Source of the DNA: an uncultured Chloroflexia bacterium
GTDB lineage: Bacteria; Chloroflexota; Limnocylindria; Limnocylindrales; CSP1-4
Assembly (NCBI GenBank): GCA_963734535.1
Contig: CAVTHS010000003.1
Span: 342,401 to 406,400, forward strand
DNA length: 64,000 nucleotides
Direction: 5' to 3'
The position numbers were made by a program, and so were the translations under genes. Positions 10,583 through 20,737 of this stretch are shown piece after piece; position 1 is the first letter of the stretch; each line of letters starts with the position of its first letter. The notes beneath the pieces are model-generated. The model was given only the letters and a program-made list of their open reading frames with translations. It was not told where the DNA came from and searched no databases.

Positions 10583-11362
10583 TCATCCGGCGTGGCGCTC
10601 GCGGAGCGTCTCGATCACCGCGGCCGGCGGAAGGCCGCGCTCGGCGAGGAGCACCAGGGCGTGGTACAGGAGGTCCGCGGCTTCGCCGGCCAGCGCGGCG
10701 CGCAGCGCGGTTCGGTCCTCGCCGGCGGCCTCCGCGACGGCATCGTCCTTCGCCGCCATCAGGACCTCGGTCGCCTCCTCGACAACCTTGCGTGCGGGAC
10801 CGTCGACGCCGGCGGACAGCAGCCGCGCGGTGTACGAGCCCGCGGGTCGCGCCGCGGCGCGGCCGGTGATCGTCGACCAGAGCGTCTCGAGCCACGCGAA
10901 ACCCTGCGCGCGGTCGGCGGGCACGGGCGACCCGGCGGCCGGAGATGCCGGCGCTGGACCAGTGGCCGGAGATGCCGGGGCCGAATCAGCGGCCGCGGCT
11001 GCCGCCGGAGCGCCGTCGGGGTCGAAGCAGCTCCGGGTGCCCCGGTGACACGCCGGGCCGGCCGGTTCAACCCTGGCGAGGATCGCATCGCCGTCGCAGT
11101 CGAGCGCAAGGCTTCGCAGGCGGAGGGTGTTGCCGCTCGTCTCGCCCTTGCGCCAGAGGCGGCCCCGCGACCGCGAGAAGAAGTGGACCTCGCCGGTCGC
11201 GAAGGTTGCCGCCAGGGCCTCCGCGTTCGCATACGCGAGCATCAGGACGCGGCCATCGGCGGCATCCTGCACGACGACCGGGACGAGGCCGTCGGACGCC
11301 CACCGGACGCTGCCCGCGTCGGTGATGGGTCCGGCCGCCGAGGGCGCCTCCCTGCCGCTCAC
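10583..11362 (-). CDS. hisIE: Bifunctional phosphoribosyl-AMP cyclohydrolase / phosphoribosyl-ATP pyrophosphatase
   Basis: [32 protein letters not shown], then [22 protein letters not shown]; GTGA overlap with hisF stop. Confidence 0.95.
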   Translation of the reverse strand: MSGREAPSAAGPITDAGSVRWASDGLVPVVVQDAADGRVLMLAYANAEALAATFATGEVHFFSRSRGRLWRKGETSGNTLRLRSLALDCDGDAILARVEPAGPACHRGTRSCFDPDGAPAAAAAADSAPASPATGPAPASPAAGSPVPADRAQGFAWLETLWSTITGRAAARPAGSYTARLLSAGVDGPARKVVEEATEVLMAAKDDAVAEAAGEDRTALRAALAGEAADLLYHALVLLAERGLPPAAVIETLRERHAG

Positions 11363-12150
11363 GCGACTGCCGCCGTCGTTCGGCGCACCGGGATCCCGGC
11401 GGCAGCCATCGCCGCCTTGACGGCCGCGATCGAGTGGCGCCGGCGATGGAAGATGGACGCGGCCAGGACCGCGGACGCGCCCCCGTCGCGGACCGCGGCC
11501 ACGAAGTCGTCGGGGCCGGAGGCGCCGCCCGAGGCGATGACCGGCACCGGCACGCGATCCGCGATCGCCCGGAGCAGCTTGGTGTCGAAGCCGGCGCCGG
11601 TCCCGTCGCGATCGATCGAGGTGACCAGGAGCTCCCCCGCGCCGGCAGCGACGGCCCGCTCCGCCCATGTCAGCGCGTCGAGGCCGGTCGCCTCGCGGCC
11701 GCCCTTGACCACGACCTCCCAGCCCGCGCCGGGATCGTCGGGGCCTGCGCGGCGGCGGGCGTCGATCGCGACGACCACGGCCTGGCTGCCGAAGCGCCGG
11801 GCACACCGCCGGACCAGGGCCGGATCGCGAACCGCGGCCGTGTTGAACGAGACCTTGTCGGCTCCCGCCCGCAGGACGTCGCGCATCTCGGTCACGCTCC
11901 GGACCCCACCCCCCACGGTGAGCGGCACGAACGCGCGGCGGGCGGTCCGCTCGACGACCTCGAGGAGGGTGCCGCGGCCGTCCGGCGCGGCGTCGATGTC
12001 GAGGAAGACGATCTCGTCGGCGCCCTCCGCGGCATAGCGCTCTGCGAGCTCCGGCGGGTCGCCCTCGTCGGTCAGATCCACGAACCGGGTCCCCTTGACC
12101 ACCCGGCCGCGGGCGACGTCGAGGCAGGGGATGACGCGAACGCGGAGCAT
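11359..12150 (-). CDS. hisF: Imidazole glycerol phosphate synthase cyclase subunit
   Basis: [46 protein letters not shown]. Confidence 0.97.
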   Translation of the reverse strand: MLRVRVIPCLDVARGRVVKGTRFVDLTDEGDPPELAERYAAEGADEIVFLDIDAAPDGRGTLLEVVERTARRAFVPLTVGGGVRSVTEMRDVLRAGADKVSFNTAAVRDPALVRRCARRFGSQAVVVAIDARRRAGPDDPGAGWEVVVKGGREATGLDALTWAERAVAAGAGELLVTSIDRDGTGAGFDTKLLRAIADRVPVPVIASGGASGPDDFVAAVRDGGASAVLAASIFHRRRHSIAAVKAAMAAAGIPVRRTTAAVA

Positions 12151-12905
12151 CAGCCGGCCACCACGGGTTGGCGCGACCCGCCCGGCGCCGGAGCGGCCGC
12201 GCCTGCCGAGGAAGCGGCCGCGCCGGCCGCGTCCCAGCCCGCCGCGGAAGCGGCCGCGCCGGCCGCGGCAAGCCCCACGAAGTTGGCGAGCAGCCGGAGC
12301 CCGTCCCGGCCGCTCCGCTCGGGATGGAACTGCACGCCGGCGAGCGGTCCGCGGGCGATCGCGGAGACGAATCGCGCGCCATGGGTCGTCTCCGCGAGCG
12401 TCAGGGCGTCTGCGCCGGGCCCGGGCGCCGCGGCGTACGAGTGGACGAAGTAGAAGTCGGCAGCGTCGTCGATCCCCTCGAACAGCGGGTGGGCCCGCCG
12501 GCGCTCCACCTGGTTCCAGCCGATGTGCGGCAGTCGCGGCGCATCCTCGAGACGAACCGTCCGCCCGGGCAGCACGCCCAGCGTCTCCGCGCCGTCCTCG
12601 TCGCTCCCCTCGAAGAGAAGCTGGAGGCCGAGGCAGATGCCGAGGACGGGTCGCCCGTCCGCGATCCAGGCCCGGATCGGTTCGTCGAGGCCGCGCCGCC
12701 GGAGGCGGGACATCGCCGGCGCGGCGGCCCCCACGCCCGGCACGACGAGCGCGTCGGCCCCGGAGAAGGCCCGAGGATCGCGTGCCATGACGACGTCGGC
12801 TCCGGCGGCGGTGAGCGCCTGCTCGATGCTCACCAGGTTGCCGGCCCCGTAGTCGACGACGGCGACCCGGGTGACCCGGGACCGGGTGACCCCGGACCGG
12901 CTCAT
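12150..12905 (-). CDS. hisH: Imidazole glycerol phosphate synthase glutaminase subunit
   Basis: [36 protein letters not shown]. Confidence 0.96.
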   Translation of the reverse strand: MSRSGVTRSRVTRVAVVDYGAGNLVSIEQALTAAGADVVMARDPRAFSGADALVVPGVGAAAPAMSRLRRRGLDEPIRAWIADGRPVLGICLGLQLLFEGSDEDGAETLGVLPGRTVRLEDAPRLPHIGWNQVERRRAHPLFEGIDDAADFYFVHSYAAAPGPGADALTLAETTHGARFVSAIARGPLAGVQFHPERSGRDGLRLLANFVGLAAAGAAASAAGWDAAGAAASSAGAAAPAPGGSRQPVVAG

Positions 12906-13531
12906 CCGAGGCTGCCCTTCGTCGAAGGGACCGCGCCCGCCCGACGCGGATCCTTTGCCACGGCCGCACGCAGCGCGCGCGCAAGCGCCTTGAACGCCGC
13001 CTCTGCGAGGTGATGGTCGTTGCGGCCGGTTCCGCGAAGGTGGAGCGTGGTGCCCGACGTGCGTGCGAACGCCTCCAGCGCGTGCTCGATGAGCTGGGTC
13101 GGCAGGGCCCCCACGCGCTCGCCCCGGAATGGCAGGTCCACCACCGCGTACGGGCGGCCGCCGACGTCGACGACCGCGGTCGCGAGCGCTTCGTCCATCG
13201 GCACCGACGCCTCCCCGAAGCGAGCGATGCCGGCCCGCTCGCCGAGCGCCTCGGCGAGCGCGTTCCCGAGCACGAGCGCCACGTCCTCGACGGTGTGGTG
13301 CTCGTCGACCTGGAGGTCCCCGGTCGCGCGCACGGCGAGATCGAACATGCCGTGCTGCGCGAACGAGCCGAGGAGGTGGTCCAGGAACCCGACCCCGCTC
13401 CGCACGTCGGCGGCCCCCGTGCCGTCGAGGTCGAGCGTCACCGCGATGTCGGTCTCCCTGGTGTGCCGGGCGACCGTGACGCGTCGCCCCTCGCGGGCCG
13501 CGACCTCGAAGGTGCCGTGGGGGGTCGTCAT
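12902..13531 (-). CDS. hisB: Imidazoleglycerol-phosphate dehydratase
   Basis: [38 protein letters not shown]. Confidence 0.97.
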   Translation of the reverse strand: MTTPHGTFEVAAREGRRVTVARHTRETDIAVTLDLDGTGAADVRSGVGFLDHLLGSFAQHGMFDLAVRATGDLQVDEHHTVEDVALVLGNALAEALGERAGIARFGEASVPMDEALATAVVDVGGRPYAVVDLPFRGERVGALPTQLIEHALEAFARTSGTTLHLRGTGRNDHHLAEAAFKALARALRAAVAKDPRRAGAVPSTKGSLG

Positions 13532-14708
13532 GACGCGGTCTCCTTCGCAGGGTCAGGGGGAGGGTGGGGGAGGGACGGGACGATCTCGGCCAATGCCGCG
13601 ACCAGGCGGTCGTCCTCGGCCGGGGAGCGGACCGTGAAGCGGAGGTGATCGGCGAGTGCGTGGGAAGGCCCGAACGTGCGTGGCACGAGCCCGCGCCGCA
13701 GCAGCCCCTCGGCGACGGCCATCGCCCGGGCCCGATCAGCCGAATCGGACGAGCAGGAAGTTGGTGACGGACGGGCCTGCCGGGATCCCGAGGCTCGCAA
13801 GCGCATCAGCCAGCCGCGCACGCTCAGCCGTGACGCGCAGGACGTTCTCCCGGAGCGCGTCGGGGTCCCGCAGCGCGGCCGCCACGATGGCGACCGAGGG
13901 GACCGAGACCGACCCGGGCGGCCGGTATGGCTCCATCTCGCGGACGAGGTCGCTGTGCGCGATCGCGAACCCGACGCGGAGCCCGGCGAGCGCGTAGGCC
14001 TTCGAGGCGGTCCGGACGACGATGAGCCGCGGATAGGACGCGCGCAGCCCCACGAGGGACGTGCCGACGAACTCGGCGTACGCCTCGTCGAGGACCACCA
14101 CGGGCGCGTCTCGGCCCGCGGCATCCGCGTCGGCGCGCAGCTCGCTCAAGAGCGCAGCGATCGCGCCGGATGGCTCGGGAAGCCCGGTCGGGTTGTTCGG
14201 GCTGCAGAGCCAGACGACGGCCGCGTCGCGGGCAGCCTCTCGGACGGCGGGCCGGTCGAGGGCAAACCCGTCGGATGCCGGGCCGCGCGGGACCGCGATG
14301 GGCTGCGCCGGCCGCTGCTCGGTCAGGATGCCGTACATGGCGTAGGTGGGCGTTGGGATGACGGCGCGGGAGCCCGGTCGCAGGAACGCCTTCGCGACGA
14401 GGTCGAGGATCTCGTCCGCGCCCGCGCCCACCAGGAGCTCGTCGCTGCCGACCCCGTAGGTCTCGGCTGCCGCCGCGACCAGGTCACGATAGTCGGACGG
14501 CGGGTACTCGGAGATCGGGCGCCCGAACGCGCCCGCCCGGAGCAGCCGCAGGGCGAGGTCGGGCGGGGCAGGGGAGGTGTTCAGGTCGAAGCGCGACGAT
14601 CGCCGACAGGGCGACGCCGTAGCGTGCGCTCACCTGCTCGTCGGTTGCCTCCCAGGCGTAGCCGGAAGGCGTGACGGCGACGGCCTGCGCGGCGGGCGCC
14701 TGGCTCAT
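13528..14708 (-). CDS. hisC: Histidinol-phosphate aminotransferase, split by about three frameshifts (probably sequence errors)
   Basis: Consecutive segments in different frames: MSQ..GYAWE, RFDLNTSP..EYP, GAGADEIL..CSPNNPTG..DEAYAEF..RTASKAYALAGLRVG (PLP Lys), LRFTVRS; shifts near 14593, 14445, 13740. Confidence 0.88.
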
Positions 14709-15631
14709 GCGATCAGCTTCTCGATGGGCAGGACCAGGATCCCGGACGCACCGGCGGCCTTGAGGCGCGGGAGGAGGTCCCACACGTCGTCCGATCCGAC
14801 CACGGCGTGGATCGCGATCATGCCGGCGTGCGCCAGCGGGATCACCGATGGGCTCTCGAGCCCCGGAAGGAGCGCCTCGAGATCGGCCAGGCGCGCGACC
14901 GGCGCGTTCATCATCACGTACTTCCGCCGGCGGCCCGCCAGGACCGCGCCGAGCATCGTGTCGAGCCGGTCGACCGCGTCGGCCTCGGCGACGAGACGGG
15001 CCGGGTTCCCGACGAGGACGGCCTCGGACGCGAGCAGGTCACCGATCGGTCGCAGGCCGTTCGTGCCCAGCGTGACGCCCGTGGACACGAGGTCGACGAT
15101 CGCGTCCGCGAGCCCGAGGCGCGGAGCGACCTCCACGGCACCCGACAGCGGGATCACGACAACGGGGATCCCGCGGCCTTCGAACCAGCGCCGCGTGGCG
15201 CCCGGGTGGGCCGTCGCGATGCGGAGGCCGGTGAGATCCGCGATCTCGCGCTGCGGGGCATCCCGCGGGACGGCTGCCGCGAGGCGGCAGCGACCGTAGC
15301 CGAGGGATCGCACGATCGGCAGGGTGGCGTCCGCCTCGGCAAGCAGGTCGCCGCCGGTGATCCCGAGGTCCGCGACGCCGTCTCCCACGAACTCGATCAC
15401 GTCGTTCGTGCGGACGAACAGGATGTCCAGCGGCACGTTCTCGACGTGGCTGACCAGGCTGCGGTCCCGCTCCTCGAAGACGAGCCCCGCGTCGTGGAGG
15501 AGGGTGAGGGTCGGCTCGACAAGGCGACCCTTGTTGGGAACGGCGAGCGTCATCCGGCGCAGCGCGCCCGCGGCTCGACGCTCCCGAAGGGCGGGGTCGT
15601 CCACCGTGGACTCCACCTCGGCCGCTTTCAT
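14705..15631 (-). CDS. hisG: ATP phosphoribosyltransferase, long form
   Basis: LAVPNKGRL, DLGITG.DLL.E, GAVEVAP.LGLADAIVDLVSTG.TL, C-terminal regulatory domain (PGLESPSV). Confidence 0.96.
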   Translation of the reverse strand: MKAAEVESTVDDPALRERRAAGALRRMTLAVPNKGRLVEPTLTLLHDAGLVFEERDRSLVSHVENVPLDILFVRTNDVIEFVGDGVADLGITGGDLLAEADATLPIVRSLGYGRCRLAAAVPRDAPQREIADLTGLRIATAHPGATRRWFEGRGIPVVVIPLSGAVEVAPRLGLADAIVDLVSTGVTLGTNGLRPIGDLLASEAVLVGNPARLVAEADAVDRLDTMLGAVLAGRRRKYVMMNAPVARLADLEALLPGLESPSVIPLAHAGMIAIHAVVGSDDVWDLLPRLKAAGASGILVLPIEKLIA

Positions 15632-16086
15632 CGGGTCGCACCCGACGGTTCGATCGGGGCGGAGCGATGCTCGTCGGCCTCAGGGTATCGAGCTGTTCCA
15701 GCCTTCCCGGAATCGGCCGCACCCGCGGAATCGGCCGCACCCGCGGAATCGGCCGCACCCGCGGAATCGGCCGCACCCGCGGAGGAGCCCCGGCGGCGCG
15801 AGCGCTCGAGCAGGAGCCGGTACCCACCCTCGCCGTGATTCAGCCACGACGCGATCCGGGTGATCGTCGCGGTGCTCGCGCCCGTCCGCCGGCTGATCTC
15901 GCTGTAGTGGAGGCCGGCGCCGAGCAGCCGCACCACCGTCCAGCGCTGCGCCAGGTCGCGGATCTCGCCGAGCGTGCAGAGGTCGCGGAGGAACGCGGCC
16001 GCCTCGTCGCGGCTCTCCAGGTCCAGGAGGACGTCGAAGAGCGCCTCGACATCGGCGGAGCGCCAGTCGTCGGCCGTGGACTGCAT
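15628..16086 (-). CDS. YerC/YecD (TrpR-related) regulator, likely HisR-type repressor
   Basis: FLRDLCT..E...LAQRW.V..LL..G..YSEI...TGASTATITRI..WL..GEGGY; first gene of the his operon. Confidence 0.9.
   Translation of the reverse strand: MQSTADDWRSADVEALFDVLLDLESRDEAAAFLRDLCTLGEIRDLAQRWTVVRLLGAGLHYSEISRRTGASTATITRIASWLNHGEGGYRLLLERSRRRGSSAGAADSAGAADSAGAADSAGAADSGKAGTARYPEADEHRSAPIEPSGATR
15708..15783. repeat. In-frame 18-bp tandem repeat x4 (AGAADS) in the YerC tail
   Basis: CGGAATCGGCCGCACCCG repeated four times. Confidence 0.95.
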
Positions 16087-16098
16087 CGCGTCATGCCT

Positions 16099-16222
16099 CG
16101 TGGTAGCGGGGTATCGGGGTAGCGAGTTCGTCGTGGCGGAGTGCCGTGTTCGTGGTAGCGGACCGGCGAGTTCGTCGTAACGGGGTGAGGTGTTCGTGGT
16201 AGCGTAGTAGCGTGTTACAACG
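16099..16222. promoter_or_regulatory. His divergon control region: five degenerate 22-bp units plus a 20-bp palindrome (putative YerC/HisR operators)
   Basis: 8+8+6 bp units over 16107-16216; imperfect palindrome CGTAGTAGCGTGTTACAACG at 16203-16222. Confidence 0.65.
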
Positions 16223-16237
16223 TTATCACAGAATCAG

Positions 16238-16993
16238 GTGACCGGCAACGGGGCATTGCCGGCGGCCTTCGACCTCCTACCGGCAATCGACCTCAGCGGC
16301 GGCCGCGTGGTCCGCCTGCTGCGCGGGGACTACGGCACCGCGACGACATACGGCGAGGACGCCACGGCTGTCGCGGATGCATTCGCCGCGGGCGGCGCTC
16401 GATGGCTCCATGTCGTCGATCTCGATGGTGCCCGCGACCCGACGGCTCGGCAGACCCCGCTCGTGGCAGCGATCATCGCCCGCGTCGGGTCCCGCGCGGC
16501 GGTCGAGGTGGCGGGCGGGCTGCGGGACGATCGAGCGGTCGAGGCGATCCTGGAAGCGGGGGCGGCGCGGGTGATCCTCGGGACCGCGGCCCTGCGCGAC
16601 CCTGCGTTCGCAGGACGCCTGGCGGCGCGGTTCGGCCCGGAGCGGATCGGCGTCGCGCTCGACGTCCGGGACGGCCTCGCGGTCGGCCACGGCTGGGTGC
16701 CGGGCGCGACGGGTGTGGCGGTGGCAGACGCTCTCACGCGACTTGCCGACGTGGGCATCCGCACCTTCGAGGTAACCGCGATCGATCGGGACGGGACGCT
16801 CGAGGGCCCCGACCTCGCGCTCCTGGCGAACCTCGTCCGTCGGGGATGTGGCGCGATCATCGCCTCGGCGGGCATCGCCCGCGCTGCGGACATCACGGCC
16901 GTCCGGGCACTGGGCTGCGCGGGCGCGATCGTGGGCCGCGCGCTGTACGAGGGGCGCCTGTCCCTGGACGACGCCCTCGCGGCATCTCGCTGA
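16238..16993 (+). CDS. hisA: ProFAR isomerase (HisA/PriA family)
   Basis: LLPAIDL..GRVVRL..G, LHVVDLDGA, EVAGGLR, T.IDRDGTLEGPD, GAIVGRALY. Confidence 0.94.
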   Translation: MTGNGALPAAFDLLPAIDLSGGRVVRLLRGDYGTATTYGEDATAVADAFAAGGARWLHVVDLDGARDPTARQTPLVAAIIARVGSRAAVEVAGGLRDDRAVEAILEAGAARVILGTAALRDPAFAGRLAARFGPERIGVALDVRDGLAVGHGWVPGATGVAVADALTRLADVGIRTFEVTAIDRDGTLEGPDLALLANLVRRGCGAIIASAGIARAADITAVRALGCAGAIVGRALYEGRLSLDDALAASR

Positions 16994-17094
16994 CGAGACG
17001 ACCGCAGGACCGACCGGGTCGCCGCATCGGTCCGGACCGGACACGCTGGGTGGTGGTCGACGACGGGCCGCTTCTTCTGTTCGCCTGAGCGCCC

Positions 17095-17244
17095 CGGGTG
17101 CTGGTATCGGGTCCCGGGCGTTCCTTCTGCACGCCTCAGCACCGCGGGTGCTGGTATCGGGTCCCGGGCGTTCCTTCTGCACGCCTCAGCACCGCGGGTG
17201 CTGGTATCGGGTCCCGGGCGTTCCTTCTGCACGCCTCAGCACCC
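17095..17244. repeat. 50-bp tandem repeat x3 without spacers
   Basis: CGGGTGCTGGTATCGGGTCCCGGGCGTTCCTTCTGCACGCCTCAGCACCG three times; junctions form CAGCACC/GGTGCTG hairpins. Confidence 0.93.
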
Positions 17245-17733
17245 GCGGCGGTGCGTCCGGTAGGCGCGCATCGGGCGGGCGCCGGGCGTCACCTGGCGGC
17301 GGTCAGTCCGCGGTTCGTGCTCACCGCCATCGGGTTGGCGCGGCCACTCGCCGCCGAACGCGGACCGTCGCCGCATATCAGCACCACCACGACTAGGGCG
17401 CACAACCCGGCCGACGCGCAGTGCCGCCGCTCGGCATCCCTGGGCCTTTGAGAGGCTGGCCGCCTGCCGCCAGCCGTGCGCCCACGAGCTGCGAGCCGTC
17501 ACGAGGTCGCAGGCGCTTCGCGGTGCAGCCGCCGCGCACCGCTGCCGCACGCCACCCGCCAGGGGCCGCTGATGCAGTCGCGCCCAGCGACCCCGCGCAA
17601 CAGCCGCCGCGCGACGGTGAGCCGCCACGGAGGTCGCTGGCGCTGCCGCGCAACCGCTGGCGCTGCCGCCGGCCGCGATGCGTCGCGCCCAGCGAGTCGC
17701 GCGCCAGCGAGCGAGCCTCAGCGACCGGAGCCG

Positions 17734-19824
17734 TCAGTGAGCGGCGGCCTCCTGCTCCTTGCGATGGGCCTCGATGACCTTGTCGCCGATGTGGGACGGC
17801 ACGTCCTCGTAGTGGTCGAGCGTGGACGAGAAGGTGCCCCGCCCGCCGGTGATCGAGCGAAGCTCGGTCGCGTAGCTGAACAGCTCGGCCTGCGGAACGT
17901 GCGCCGTGATCACCTGCATCCCGTCGCCCGTGACGTCCATGCCGAGGACGCGGCCACGGCGGCCGTTGAGGTCACGGTTGACGTCGCCCATGAAGCGCTC
18001 CGGGACGCGGATGGCCACGGCCATGATCGGCTCCTGCAGCACGGGCTTGCAGTCCATGACGCCCTTCTTGAGCGCCATCGATGCCGCGATCTGGAACGAG
18101 AGGTCGTTGGAGTCGACCGTGTGGAAGGAACCGTCGTACAGGGTCGCCTTGAAGTCGATGAGCGGGTAGCCCGCGAGCACGCCTTCGACCGCGGCCTGCC
18201 GGATCCCCTTCTCGACGCCGGGAAAGAAGTTCTTCGGGACGGTGCCGCCGACCACGTGCTCGGCGAAGGCGACGCCCTCGCCGGGGTTCGGCTCGATCTC
18301 GATCCAGACGTGGCCGAACATGCCATGTCCGCCCGTCTGCTTCTTGTACTTCCCCTCGACCTTGGTCCGGCCGCGGATCGTCTCGTGATACGGGATCCGC
18401 GGGGTGTGCGTGACGATCGCCGAGCCGAACTTGCGCTTGAGCCGCTCGCCGATGACCGCCACGTGCGTCTCGCCCATCGAGATGAGCAGCTGCTCGCCCG
18501 TGGCGCTGCGCTCCACGCGCGCACACGGCTCTTCCTCGAGCATGCGCTGGAGGGCGGGGCCCATCTTGTCGAGGTCCGCCTTGGTCTGCGGCTCGATGGC
18601 GACCACGAGCGTCGGGACCGGGTACTCGGGCCGGTCGAGGACCAGCGGGCGCTCCTTCGAGGAAAGCGTGTCGCCGGTCGCGGTGGCGGTGAGCTTGGCG
18701 ACCGCCCCGACCTCGCCGGGCCGGAGCTCGGCCACCGGTTCCGAGTCCTTCCCGTGCAGCCGGAGGAGCTGACCGATCCGCTCGTCCTCGCCCTTCTCCG
18801 CGTTCCACAGGTGGGCCTGGCTGCGCAGCGTGCCCGAGAGGACCCGCAGGTAGGTCAGCCGGCCCACGAACGGGTCGGCGGTCGTCTTGAAGACCCGCAC
18901 GAGGAGCGGGCCGTCCGGATCCCGCGAAACCTCGATCGGGTCGTTGGTCTTCGGGTCGTGCGCCACGACGGGCGGCTCCTCGGACGGCGCGGGGAGGTAG
19001 CGGACGATCGCGTCCAGCAGCCCGCGCAGGCCGATCCCCTTCGTGGCGGATGCCACGAGCACCGGTGCCAGGATCGAGTCGCGGACGCCGCGGTGGAGGC
19101 AGGCGTCGAGCTCCGCGTCGGTGATCTCCTCGCCCTCGAGGTACTTCGACAGCACGTCGTCGTCCGCCTCGGAGGCGGCCTCGAGCAGCTGGTCGCGGCG
19201 GGTCGCGATCTCGGCCTCCATCTCGGGCGGGATCGGGACCTCCACCTCCTGCCGGCCGTCCCAGTGGTACGCCTTGCGGTGGACCAGGTCCACGTACCCG
19301 CTGAACGTGTCGGCCTTGCCGATGGCGAGCTGGAGCGGGGCGATCTTGTTGCCGAACTCGGCACGCAGCGCGTCGAGGACGGCTGCCGGCTCGGCATTCT
19401 CGCGATCGCACTTGTTGACCACGAACAGGGCGGCCGTCCGGGTGGTCCGGCCGAGCGAGACGGCGACCTCGGTGCCCGCCTCGACGCCGCCGGTCGCGTC
19501 CATGCACACGAGCGCCGCATCGGCCGCCTGGAAGCCGGCGACCACCTCCGCCACGAAGTCCGGGTATCCCGGCGTGTCGACGAGCGTGACGATGTTGCCC
19601 TCGTCGTCGAGGGAGGCGACGGAGAGCGACAGCGAGATGTGGCGCTTCTGGGCCTCGGGCTCCGTGTCCAGGCTGGTGGTGCCGTCCTCGACGCGCCCGA
19701 GGCGGGAGATGGCTCCCGTCCGGAAGAGGAGTGCCTCGGCGAGCGTCGTCTTGCCGGCACCGGAGTGTCCGGCCAGGACGACGCTCCGCAGGTGGGGGAG
19801 GTCAGCGCTCTTCGTCGTCGCCAT
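17734..19824 (-). CDS. Elongation factor G paralog (EF-G2 / FusA-like)
   Basis: GHSGAGKTT, DTPGY (Tyr in place of canonical His), NKCD, KQTGGHG.FG, DGSFH.VDS; not in an str operon. Confidence 0.93.
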   Translation of the reverse strand: MATTKSADLPHLRSVVLAGHSGAGKTTLAEALLFRTGAISRLGRVEDGTTSLDTEPEAQKRHISLSLSVASLDDEGNIVTLVDTPGYPDFVAEVVAGFQAADAALVCMDATGGVEAGTEVAVSLGRTTRTAALFVVNKCDRENAEPAAVLDALRAEFGNKIAPLQLAIGKADTFSGYVDLVHRKAYHWDGRQEVEVPIPPEMEAEIATRRDQLLEAASEADDDVLSKYLEGEEITDAELDACLHRGVRDSILAPVLVASATKGIGLRGLLDAIVRYLPAPSEEPPVVAHDPKTNDPIEVSRDPDGPLLVRVFKTTADPFVGRLTYLRVLSGTLRSQAHLWNAEKGEDERIGQLLRLHGKDSEPVAELRPGEVGAVAKLTATATGDTLSSKERPLVLDRPEYPVPTLVVAIEPQTKADLDKMGPALQRMLEEEPCARVERSATGEQLLISMGETHVAVIGERLKRKFGSAIVTHTPRIPYHETIRGRTKVEGKYKKQTGGHGMFGHVWIEIEPNPGEGVAFAEHVVGGTVPKNFFPGVEKGIRQAAVEGVLAGYPLIDFKATLYDGSFHTVDSNDLSFQIAASMALKKGVMDCKPVLQEPIMAVAIRVPERFMGDVNRDLNGRRGRVLGMDVTGDGMQVITAHVPQAELFSYATELRSITGGRGTFSSTLDHYEDVPSHIGDKVIEAHRKEQEAAAH

Positions 19825-19953
19825 TGTCTCGGTCAACCTCACGCAGGATGTGGGCAGTCGGGTGGTCGGGACGCACGGGCCTGCCGCCGACCGACGTCAT
19901 GGATCGGGCGGGAGCGGGGTTCCGCCAATCATAGTCCGCTATACTTCCGCCCG

Positions 19954-20703
19954 ATGTCCGGTCACTCCAAATGGTCCCAGATCAAGCGCGACAAGGGCGT
20001 CAATGACGTCAAGCGCGGCGCCATCTTCACGAAGATGGGGCGCGAGATCGCGGTGGCGGCGCGGGCCGGCGGCGGCGACCCCGATGGCAACTTCCGGCTG
20101 CGCCTGGCGATCGAGAAGGCACGCGCGGCCAACATGCCGATCGACACGATCAAGCGCGCCGTGGAGAAGGCCACCGGGTCCGGCGAGGGCGAGCAGTTCG
20201 AGGAGATCGTCTACGAGGGCTACGGCCCCGGCGGCGTCGCGCTCATCGTGGAGGCCGCGACGGACAACCGCAACCGGACCGCGGCAGAGGTGCGTTCCAT
20301 CTTCACGAAGGCGGGCGGCCAGCTCGCGGTCTCGGGCGCGGTGGCCTGGCAGTTCGAGCAGCGCGGCCTCATCGCGGTGCCGGCCGCGGGCATCGACCGG
20401 GACGAGGTGACGCTCCTCGCGATCGACGCCGGGGCAAGCGACGTGGACTCGGACTCGGACCCGCTCGAGATCTACTGCGAGCCCGGGGACCTCGAGTCGC
20501 TCCGCCGGGCGCTGGAGAAGGCGGGGGTCGCGATCGAGAGCGCGGACCAGGCGATGCTGGCCAAGCAGACCACGACCGTCGACGTCGCCAGGGCCCGCCA
20601 GAACCTGCGCCTCGTCGAGCATCTCGAGGACCTCGAGGACGTGCAGCGCGTCACCAGCAACCTGGAGATCTCCGAAGAGCTCCTTGCCGAGGTCGCCGGG
20701 TGA
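19954..20703 (+). CDS. yebC: YebC/PmpR family protein
   Basis: MSGHSKWSQIKR.K, YEGYGPGG, TDNRNRT; directly before ruvC. Confidence 0.96.
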   Translation: MSGHSKWSQIKRDKGVNDVKRGAIFTKMGREIAVAARAGGGDPDGNFRLRLAIEKARAANMPIDTIKRAVEKATGSGEGEQFEEIVYEGYGPGGVALIVEAATDNRNRTAAEVRSIFTKAGGQLAVSGAVAWQFEQRGLIAVPAAGIDRDEVTLLAIDAGASDVDSDSDPLEIYCEPGDLESLRRALEKAGVAIESADQAMLAKQTTTVDVARARQNLRLVEHLEDLEDVQRVTSNLEISEELLAEVAG

Positions 20704-20737
20704 TCGGCCGGATGGGCGGCCGGGAGGCCGGCACCCG

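Noticed and set aside
13528-14708. hisC as a true pseudogene or programmed frameshift
   Set aside because: All motifs are intact in an otherwise complete operon, and similar indels hit ruvA and others; errors are more likely. Needs a read check.
16087-16237. His-codon leader peptide attenuator
   Set aside because: No start-codon-led His-rich ORF on the - strand and no terminator with a U-tract.
17095-17244. CRISPR array
   Set aside because: Units are contiguous with no unique spacers and there are no cas genes; the same applies to the 35-bp repeats at 50526-50611.
17396-17483. tRNA-Sec (TCA-containing loop on - strand)
   Set aside because: No U33, no TTC T-loop, and arm lengths do not fit.
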